Below, in pieces: positions 12,822-22,576 of a stretch of 64,000 nt of DNA; positions within the stretch are counted from its first letter, which is position 1; each line of letters begins with the position of its first letter. The translations under genes and the position numbers were made by a program. Origin of the DNA: Lytechinus pictus (Eukaryota); assembly GCF_037042905.1 (NCBI RefSeq), contig NC_087251.1:36644001-36708000 (forward strand). The letters are read 5' to 3'. The notes below the pieces were generated by a model, which was not told the DNA's origin, did no database searches, and was given only the letters and a program-made list of their open reading frames with translations.

Positions 12822-13604
12822 CACCCATGGGTACATTACCGCCGCCGTGCACAGGATAACCGCTGGCACGGCACTTGCAATAAGTTTTTTATTCTTATGT
12901 AAAAATTAGAAATTTATCTACATTTTACATGAAGTAAGCTTTGGATATGAAACTTACCAAACGATATGAAGCCAATTTCAATTCCTCTCTGTCTTTCTGG
13001 TACTTTATATCGATGATTTGTCTTAAAGTCGAAGCAGGCATGGCGCCGATTCGATGGTTCTCTCTATACGCACAGAGAGGGCGCGCGATATTATTTAATA
13101 AACTTGCTTGTTTACGTCGTTTACGTCAGATCAGCTGTACTGCTGGTTGCGTTCTAGGCGCTCCGCATTTTTTTCGCTGTTCAGCGTTATTTTATGATGT
13201 AGCGCCATCAGCGATTATACGTGACATGCAACCTGTTGATTTTTGGTACAATTTTTATGCGCCGGCGACTTGAATCTAGACTGTTCGATAGGAAAAATTC
13301 GCATTTCGATTGTTGTTTGCGTAATTTCCACCGCAGTATAAAGGATGACTAAGGATGGATCGAACGAAGTATCGTGGTTGAGATTTGGAGGTAAGCGATA
13401 AAAACACTTTTATAAATAATTTCTAATTCCTTTTTACAATGAACTTAAATCATACGATCAAGATTAACATAGTGGAAAAATATTGAAAGGTTTGGCGTGT
13501 TTTAGTCCCTCACATTCGTGTGATGAATGAAAACGTCAAAACGCACTATGAAATCACATGCGTTGTGCGAGGTTGGTATACTAACCTCGCATGTTGTGTG
13601 AGTG
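12822..13604 (+). mobile_element. CAC...GAGTG element, type B, copy 1
   Basis: Starts CACCCATGGGTACATTACC. Ends GCGAGGTTGGTATACTAACCTCGC ATGTTGTGTGAGTG. Flanked by (G)CTCTGAGG. Highly similar to the copy at 18305-20513. Confidence 0.85.
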
Positions 13605-13731
13605 GCTCTGAGGTGGACTTGACCTTTAAGAAGATCTGTCAATGTATTGTTTGCCGTTGAGGGTGTTCTTTTATATAAGAATTACACAGATACCCGTATG
13701 CGTAGTTGTAGACAAGTCAGGGGGCACTGAG

Positions 13732-14280
13732 GGCGCTAATGCAGTTTCGCACCGGCCGATTACCAGCATACCTCATCACCAATGTCATGACAAGTTTCTC
13801 AGTCACATTTCGAGGTCAATATACCCACCTCTTTTCCAAATATCGCGATCGGGAACGGCTGTATTTCAGCTTTGATCTCGATGTCGTTGTTCGAATCCTC
13901 AGACATCACTTCGCAGATCGCTTGGATTCGCCGTAATGTTGATATGGACTAAATTTATGCGACCAAAAGATTCGCCTGTAGCATGCTGGCAGTTTGTTCG
14001 CCACATGTTCGCATGATTTGGTTGCTAACTTCAGTCAGTCCATATCAACATTACGGCGCACGGCGAATCCAAGCGATCCGGGAAGTGATGTCTGAGGATT
14101 CGAACAACGACATCAAATGATCAAGATCAAAGCTGAAATACAGCCGTTCCCGATATTTGGAAAAGAGGTGGGAATATATTGACCTTGAAATGTGACTGAG
14201 AGACTTGTCATGATATTTGGGAACAAATATTGGTGATGAGGTATGCTGGTAATTGGCCGGTGCGAAACTGCATTAGCGCC
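13732..14280. mobile_element. Palindromic MITE, Merlin-like (GG...CC termini, 8-bp TSD)
   Basis: Inverted arms of ~220 bp, GGCGCTAATGCAGTTTCGCACCGGCC... / ...GGCCGGTGCGAAACTGCATTAGCGCC. TSD GCACTGAG at 13724-13731 and 14281-14288. The superfamily call is inferred from termini and TSD length. Confidence 0.85.
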
Positions 14281-14351
14281 GCACTGAGCAGTGCAGTCAG
14301 ACTTGGAACCCTAATCATATCACCACTCACACTTGTACGAGGTTAGTATGG

Positions 14352-15223
14352 CAGTGTATCCTATTGCCGGACACCTTTATTTCAGTGCTTTAAAAATGAC
14401 AACTAGAGGAAATACAATCAAGAAAAATTCACACTTGCTATTCCAAATATTATGAAAATTATGAATGTGATAAAATTATTTTATATTTACCAACCATTTT
14501 CTTTGCATCGCACTTGCTGCATACCCCTCCACGAAAAACAATTATTTTCGTGCGCGACAAATTACATCATGATTCCGGACGCGCGCCGGACGGGTATAGA
14601 TATCCTTGATTATCGATGTAAGAACAAATTTGTGTGATTTTTTTGTTCTTATATCATATCAAGAGTAAATTATAAGTTTTCATTTGCTTTTTTATATCGA
14701 ATCTGAGCAGATGTTGCTAATAAATTCGTGTTTGATAACTTATTTTGTTTTTTCTTGTTAGCTGCATGTTCCATGGCACTTTCCAATAATAATATGCTCG
14801 CGTTCGTATCGTGACGCTCATCAAGTTCTATCGATGCGCTGCCGATCGACGGCTCTACTCACGGTAAACCTCGCAAACGGGTACCTTGAGAACTAGCCGT
14901 AGACGATCACCCGCAATACACCACACCTCATCATTCGATCGAAGGAGTGGACGAGATTGAAATTCGGCAAATCAGGCCCATATTTCCATTAGAAAATATA
15001 TCAATTGTTAATGCAAAACTATGTTATATGATATTTTAAGCATTTTCTGTCATTTTAGAGATAAATAAGGTAAAAGTTGGATTTTTGGGCCTTGTTTTTG
15101 CAATCTTGTTCTATGTATTGCTCTGTGAAATTGAATTGCGAAAGTCTTGAGGTACGAAATTGTTTTCGAACGCAGTAATATGCGCGTCCGGAATCATAAT
15201 AGTGTCCGGTAATACAATACGTG
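14352..15223. mobile_element. TIR element inserted in the loop of element C's terminal hairpin
   Basis: Imperfect TIRs GTATCCTATTGCCGGACAC / GTGTCCGGTAATACAATAC(GTG). The C hairpin arms GTACGAGGTTAGTAT (14335) and ATATTAACCTCGTAC (15240) flank it. Confidence 0.6.
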
Positions 15224-16121
15224 ACTAAAAACTGACTATATATTAACCTCGTACACCGAACCCTGTTTGACCCTTGATTTCTAAGTAGTCGGCAAACATC
15301 GCTTCATTGCTGAAGTAATATTTGCCGAAACTCCTTCTCGCTACTCACCGGGGCTCTTTCCGGTAAGTAGCAATACATTAAAGAATTTAAAATGTAATTT
15401 GAATATAATAATCGGTCAAAAAGAGCAAATTTCGCTTACCTCGGCCTCGAAAGTAACTTCGCTTATCTCTTCTACGGAAATACAAGGAGGCCCGTTGGTG
15501 GCGCTAATAAATTTCACAACCTTGATTCAGCTCCTCGGTAATTTTATAACTGTGTCTAAATTCTTTGAATGCGCAATTCTTATGATTAATTTACTAATTA
15601 TGGGCACCAATAAATGAAATACCTTCAAACATGTCAAAAACATAATTCAAGATTATTATTGGCAATGATAACACTTTTCTGCAATTAATTTAAAACGATG
15701 ACTAATAATGAAAAATTGAAAAAAATATACGTGCCTGGAACGAAACCAGCAGTACAGGCTTTAACGAGCATCAATAATACGGTATACCAAAGTCTTTACA
15801 ATGAAAAGATTGGACACTTCACGGACTTTGCGTAATGACCTGCGTCAATTTGCGTGTAAAATAGTGTAGGTGCCTAGTCTTTCCCTTGTTGTGTCTTTAG
15901 TTTGATATGAATATAAATCGCGCGCCCTCTTTAGACGAAAATTGATATCGGCGCTGACCAAATTTTATCTCCGTGAAATCTTCACTAAAGATCAAGAAAA
16001 TATACATATTTTTTAGAAGAAACTTCAAGGAGAAGTCACGGAAGGATCTAAATGATTGGGTAAGTGTCATAGCAGAATGTGAAATCCCTAATTATGTGTG
16101 ATGTTTTATGCGGTATTTTAT

Positions 16122-18255
16122 AGATGGCAAATATAGCGATCTTCAACGCTTATATATAAGCGTCGAAATTTGTAGCCATCTCCTTGTATTAGTCTATAAT
16201 ATACGACGTGTCAAATTGTAGCGAACTAGTTCGCTATTTCCAGATCTCCTCTATATATATATATACGAGGGGGAATTGTAGCGAACTAGTTCGCTATTTT
16301 CCAGATCTCCTCTATATATATATATACGAGGGGGAATTGTAGCGAACTAGTTCGCTATTTTCTAGATCTCCTCTATATACAAACGACAGGAAATTGTAGC
16401 GAACTAGTTCGCTATTTTTCGGATCTCCTCGATATATATACACGAGGGGGAATTGTAGCGAACTAGTTCGCTATTTTCCAGATCTCCTCTAGATACATAC
16501 TACGGGATTTGTAATTTTTCGGATTTCCTCTATATATATATACGACGGGAAATTGTAGCGAACTAGTTCGCTATTTTCCAGATCTCCTCTATATATATAT
16601 ACGACGGGAAATTGTAGCGAACTAGTTCGCTATTTTTCGGATCTCTTCTTTTGTAGCGAACTAGTTCGCTATTTTTCGGATCTCCTCTATATACGACAGA
16701 AAATTGTAGCGAACTAGTTCGCTATTTTTCGGATCTCCTCGATATATACACGAGGGGGAATTGTAGCGAACTAGTTCGCTATTTTCCAGATCTCCTCTAG
16801 ATACATACTACGGGATTTGTTCGCTATTTTTCGGATTTCCTCTCCCTATATATACGACGGGAAATCATAGCGAACTAGTTCGCTATTTTCCAGATCTCCT
16901 CTTTATATATATACGACGGGAAATTATAGCGAACTAGTTCGCTATTTTTCGGATCTCTTCTTTTGTAGCGAACTAGTTCGCTATTTTTTGGATCTCCTCT
17001 TGATATATACGACGGAAAATTGTAGCGAACTAGTTTGCTATTTTTCGGATCTCCTCTATAAAATTTTATACACGAGGAGGAATTAGTGAACTAGTTCGCT
17101 ATTTTTCTAATCTTTATATATACAAGAGACGGAATTGTAGCGAACTAGTTCGCTACAATTCCCCCTCGTGTATATAATTTTATAGAGGAGATCCGAAAAG
17201 TAGCGAACTAGTTAGCTACAAATCCCGTCGTATGGATATAGAGGAGATCTGGAAAATAGCGAACTGGTTCGCTACAATTCCCCCTCGTATATATATATAG
17301 AGGAGATCTGGAAAATAGCGAACTAGTCTGCTACAATTTGACAATATGGCATCAATATATACAGCCAAAACCTGCAGATTTTCACTTTGAAGCCTTCACA
17401 ATAATGTAAGCTTTGGAAAAAATGACAACTAGTTCGCTACAATTTCCCCCTCGTGTATATGAAGAGATCAGAAAAATTGCCAACTAGTTCGCTACAGTTT
17501 GCCATGTTTATATTTTAGAGAGGAGATGAGAAATGGCGAACTAGTTTGCAACAATTTCCTGTCGTATACATGTAGAGGAGATTCGAAAAATAGCGAACTA
17601 GTTTGCTACAATTCCCCCCTGGTGTATATATAGAGGAGATCAAAAAAAATAGCGAACTAGTTCGCTACAATGCCCCCTCGTATATAGTTCGCTACAAATC
17701 CCGTCGTATGTATATAGAGGAGATCTGGAAAAATAAAAAAATAGCGAACTAGTTTGCTACAATTCCCCCTCGTGTACATATCGAGGAGATCCGAAAAATA
17801 GCGAACTAGTTCGCTACAAATCCCGTAGTATGTATATAGAGGAGATCTGGAAAATAGCGAACTAGTTCGCTACAATTCCCCTTGTGTATATATCGAGGAG
17901 ATCCGAAAAATAGCGAACTAGTTCGCTACAATTTCCCGTCGTTTGTATATAGAGGAGATCTGGAAAATAGCGAACTAGTTCGCTACAATTCCCCTCGTGT
18001 ATATATCGAGGAGATCCGAAAAATAGCGAACTAGTTCGCTACAATTTCCCGTCGTTTGTATATAGAGGAGATCTGGAAAATAGCGAACTAGTTCGCTACA
18101 ATTCCCCCTCGTATATATATATATAGAGGAGATCTGGAAATGGCGAACTAGTTCGCTACAATTTGACACGTCGTATATTATAGACTAATACAAGGAGATG
18201 GCTACAAATTTCGACGCTTATATATAAGCGTTGAAGATCGCTATATTTGCCATCT
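16122..18255. mobile_element. Foldback-type element with inverted minisatellite arms
   Basis: Perfect terminal inverted repeat of >100 bp, AGATGGCAAATATAGCGATC... / ...GATCGCTATATTTGCCATCT. TAT on both flanks. Arms are built of ~60-bp units containing the palindrome TAGCGAACTAGTTCGCTA. Confidence 0.9.
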
Positions 18256-18344
18256 TATTATTTCCCTGTTTTATGTGGGCGAAAGCCCAGTAGTATATGG
18301 ATGTCACCTATGGGTACATTACCGCCGCCGTGCACAGGATAACC

Positions 18345-19776
18345 CACTGGTTCACCCCGACCATTCGCCATACAGAAAAATGTACGGGGTGGGACTGATC
18401 TGAGACCAGTGCCGCTAACACTGTCATTTCTATGTAGGAACGCGCGAAGTAAAAGAGTCTGACTTACCAATTCTTGTGTTGACCCAAATGCAGATTTTGG
18501 TTCTACTTAAACAGGATTCCAATGCCCAATGAGTCAAATATCGTCCTTCAATTGAAGATTTCTTTCTAAATCGGGTAAAATCATAAGGAAATTTTTCCTT
18601 ATTCTTGTCTGGTCCATAGTCTCCTACGTAAGTATTTCAGCACGCCCTCTTGTGCTGAATAAAAGAAAGCTAGCCACTGAACAGTGGCAACCACAGAGCT
18701 GGTTACAATAAGCTCCTACCTGTTTCCGGTGAAGCATAATAATAGGAAGCTCCGCGATCCGGGGACTGTAGTCTTTTTCTCACCTGACACCACTAACATA
18801 CCTAAGGGGCAGGGAGGGCACACTGCACCCCCTGACGAGTCACAACTCATGCAAGGGACGTACCCCTGCCCCCCTGACGAGTCACAACTGATCCCTGTGA
18901 CGAGCCACAAGTGGCCCCCTCTTTTGAACTTGAAGACCTTTTTTTTTTTTTTTTTTTTTAATTTTTTGGCGGACGAATTTGCCCCCCCCCCTTGGAAAAT
19001 CCTGGGTACGCCACTGCCTGACACTCAATATTTTGTTCACTATTTTTTTTTTTACACAAGAATTATTGTTGTCACAGGCGGCGGAGGGGGGGGGTACACA
19101 TTCAATACCCCTTAAATTTCAGGAGGAGGGGAGAGTTCCCCTTAAGAAATAAAGAAAAAGAAAAAAACAAAGAACAAAGACTGAGAAAAAAGTAAGAAAT
19201 AAAAAATCAAATAAATTAATTTACGCTCAAAAGAAAAAGAAAGAAAGGGTAAGGGAAGAGGAAAACAGACAAATGATGCTCTGGATACAGAACTAGAAAT
19301 ATTATAGATAAGCCCCCCAAAATAGCCATTTGGAGTTTTTGGACTTTTTTATTCTTTAAACATGTTTATCTAGACGAAACAAAATTGCCAATCTGTCGAG
19401 GCTATCGAGACATGTTTACCAGAATGCATCACGAGTAGTGTTTCATCCATCCGGGTGGATGAACCTCTATGGCTTCGTGATATTTTTTTTCTTTTTCGAT
19501 TTGTCACGATCAAACACCATTGAACGAACCAAGAGTAGTGACGGTCACCGGAGGTGGAAAAATCTGTGAGTTTTTAGTCATTTTTCATATTATTTTCATC
19601 AATTAGATCATATTTGTTATATAAATTTATGTCAAGTATCACACTTGATCTAGTTCGATAAGGTCATGATGTTTGGGTGAGGGAAGAGGAGGAAAATAGT
19701 CGATGCTTTTTTTGGCCATGCTAGTGTATACACACGAGAACGAGGTTATATTATAACCTCGTTCGTAGGATGAGTG
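18345..19776 (+). mobile_element. CAC...GAGTG element, type A', nested 40 bp inside B copy 2
   Basis: Starts CACTGGTTCAC. Ends GAACGAGGTTAT-ATT-ATAACCTCGTTC GTAGGATGAGTG. TSD GGATAACC at 18337-18344 and 19777-19784. Confidence 0.88.
18791..19016. mobile_element. hAT-like MITE nested in A'
   Basis: TSD CCTGACAC at 18783-18790 and 19017-19024. Right end GGGTACGCCACTG; degenerate left end CACTAACATACCTAAGGGG. Internal CCCCCTGACGAGTCACAACT repeats. Confidence 0.75.
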
Positions 19777-21731
19777 GGATAACCGCTGGCACGGCACTTG
19801 CAATAAGTTTTTATTCTTATTTAAAAATTTGAAATTTATCTACATTTTACATTAAGTAAGCTTTGGATATGAAACTTACCGAACGATATGAAGCCAATTT
19901 CAATTCCTCTCTGTCTTTCTGGTACTTTATATCGATGATTTTTCTTGATGTCGAAGCAGGCATGGCCCCGATTAGCTGGTTCTCTCTATACGCACAGAGA
20001 GGGCGCGCGATATTATTTAATAAACTTGCTTGTTTACGTCAGATCAGCTGTACTGCTGGCTGCGTTCTAGGCGCTCCGCATTTTTTTCGCTGTTCAGCGT
20101 TATTTTATGATGTAGCGCCAGCAGCGATTATACGTGACATGCAACCTGTTGATTTTTGGTACAGTTTCCTATTATGCGCCGGCGACTTGAATCTAGACTG
20201 TTCGATAGGAAAAATTCGCATTTCGATTGTTGTTTGCGTAATTTCCACCGCAGTATTAAGTATCGGACGGAGTAACTGGCTGAGATTTGGAGGTAAGCGT
20301 TTAAAATCCATTTTTATAGATAAGTTCGTGCTGATTTTTAAAATTAGATTACATTATAAGATTAAGATTACTAAATTTAGTATATTGTGAAGATTTAGGC
20401 GTGTTTCATATTCTCAGTTTCGTGTGATGAATGAAAACGTCAAAATTCATTATGAAATGACATGCGTTGTGCGAGGTTAGTACCGTATACTAACCTCGCA
20501 TGTTGTGTGAGTGATGGATGTGTCGTGTGTGTCGCGTTATTATGAATGATATTCCTTCGCACGCGAGATGATATGAGCCCATGGCCATGCCCATGGTAGA
20601 CAGCTGGCAGCCGTCTGTTTCGAGGAGTTTTTTAACATTTTTTTTTAAAATAAATTTCTCCTCATACACAGACGGCTCGCTAGCGTGCAGCCACCATTAG
20701 GGGACTTGCAATGCAAAATCCCCCCGTCGGGGCTCTTCAATTTTTGTCTTTAATGAGTAAAAATTTTGAAAATTCACGCGACCAAAATGCAAATTAATAT
20801 TCCCTCTTGGCATCAATTGCCAAAAAAACGGAGAAAAATCAAGTTAAAAGGAACAAAAACAGTGACTTACCTCAGCTGTCGCGCAAATTCACTTCCCTGT
20901 TTTATCCGATCTTAAGTACATAAACATATGGCCATTGAGTCCCCTGTACAGATCGCGCTAGAACTTCGGTCTCTGTATTTGGTGAGTGAAGCCAACGGAG
21001 TTCAGCTGAACAACCAACATAACAGAGACCGAAGCTTTTGGTCTATGCCCATGGGTGCATATCACCGCCACACGGCCACCGGTAGTATCGAGTCCCTAGC
21101 GATAGCCCGAGCTCCGCCCGACTTCGGCGGCGGAGGAGACCCCTCGGGCCCGAATGAGACTCATGAGACAGTCATGCTGACTAGCAAGCAAAGTCAATTA
21201 AAGAAAAACAAAACTCTAAGTAGCATCAAAATTCTCATCACTCTTTATCATATACAGTCAAAGCATACGCAATTCAAAGGTACAGGATTCATCTTGTTTA
21301 ACGAATCGGGTACACTCACCTGTAAATTTAAAAAAAGAAAACATCACATTTGCATCACCTTTTCGTACCGGTAGCGCGTACCGGTAGTACCGACTCCCGA
21401 TATCCCAGTTCTTGTATGGTATCTTATAGATCCAGGAGCTACTGCACTGGATTCGGTCTGGATTGGCTATAATATCCGGCGGGATATACGGTAACTTGGC
21501 TTCGTTCTGAACTTGCTTGATTTCCTGACATATCATTTAATACATTACATTATTTTCTTTCAAACCAACATATTATTTTTTTATGGAATGATTCAGATAA
21601 CAAAATTTGAAGCCAAATCTGCCGGGGTGAGTTTGCATCGCCGCCCGGCATCGCCGCAATTATATTGCTGCTGATGCATTGTGCCGATCGAATGATGGGA
21701 TGAGGCGGAGGATGCTCATAAAGATGATGAT

Positions 21732-21904
21732 CAGTGACGGATCCAGGTAGGGGTACATTCGGTGTGCCCCCCCCCCCCTTGAGAGGCACATTTTCAGGGG
21801 AATATGCCATGCACAAGCAAGTGAGGACCTTTTTTTTTGCTTGTCAAATTTTCCGTGTACGAAAAAGCCCCCCGCCCCCCCCCCCCCCTTGATCCGCGCA
21901 CCTA
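21732..21904. mobile_element. hAT-like MITE inserted in an (ATG)n microsatellite
   Basis: CAGTGACGGATCCAGG... / ...TTGATCCGCGCACCTA, with ATGATGAT on both sides. Confidence 0.6.
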
Positions 21905-22576
21905 ATGATGATGATGATGATGGTTATAATGATGGCGATATGATGATGATGATGAGGTATCCGGTAATATATACTGAAGTTTAACTTTGTAAGTTAAAAA
22001 AAAAATATTCAAAACTCAATACTAGAGTTTCGAATTTCCAGGGTTCAAATCGAACAGATTACAATACTAAAAAATACGACTGAAAAAAAATCACCAACAC
22101 TTACGGAGACCAATCAAGGGGGCGTTGCCCCCCCCCCCCCCCCGCAAAAAAAGAGGGAGGAAGAGGGGGGAAGGAAGAAAATCAAGAAAAAGAGAGAGAG
22201 AGAAAGAGGGGGAAAGAAAGAGAAGAGAAAAGAGAGATGAAGAGGGGAAAGCAACAGTTCTCGATGCCGTTATAGTTTTCGGCTCCAATGTCGCCGTTGT
22301 TTTAGGTTAGGACATAAAGCAAAGTCCTGTTTGTTAGAATATTAGGTCTTCGGCCAAGATGAGAGAGCCGAATTCAACTCTTTTCACTGTAACCCATATC
22401 TTGCTCCGCATGACTCTTCAATTAACCAATGTAATTATGCGTCTCCAACAACTGAAATTAACTCTGTTTCACGTTATGATGATAGTTTTTCAACTGATAG
22501 TTATCAATCAAATAACTGTGCTTATGAAATTCATGCTGATATTCTTCGGAAATATAATAGTCTTAAAATTGCCCAT

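Larger units (their letters stand above)
11726..13625. mobile_element. Kolobok-like MITE, split near its right end by two nested elements
   Basis: TTAA TSD (11722-11725, 13626-13629). TIRs AGGACAAGTTCACCCCA / TGAGGTGGACTTGACCT. Long internal inverted arms at ~11790-11840 and ~12195-12245. Confidence 0.85.
18305..20513 (+). mobile_element. CAC...GAGTG element, type B, copy 2 (split by an A-type insertion)
   Basis: Starts CACCTATGGGTACATTACC and resumes at 19785. Ends ...AACCTCGCATGTTGTGTGAGTG. TSD ATGGATGT at 18297-18304 and 20514-20521. Confidence 0.88.
14324..21057 (-). mobile_element. CAC...GAGTG element, type C (reverse orientation), hosting multiple nested insertions
   Basis: Left end CACTCACACTTGTACGAGGTTAGTAT is the reverse complement of a B-like 3' end. 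Right end CCCATGGGTG is the reverse complement of CACCCATGGG. TSD CATATCAC at 14316-14323 and 21058-21065. Confidence 0.8.

Noticed and set aside
16215..18165. CRISPR-like array of palindromic repeats with spacers
   Set aside because: The spacers are variants of one another, the array is inverted within a TIR element, there are no cas genes, and the context is eukaryotic.
12941..20390. Duplicated ORF MDMKLT... (12941 and 19863) as a gene pair
   Set aside because: Both lie within type-B elements, start at TTG, differ by a frameshift and have no recognisable domain.
21066..21190. Academ-like element end (...GCTGACTA)
   Set aside because: No matching left end or TSD could be identified.
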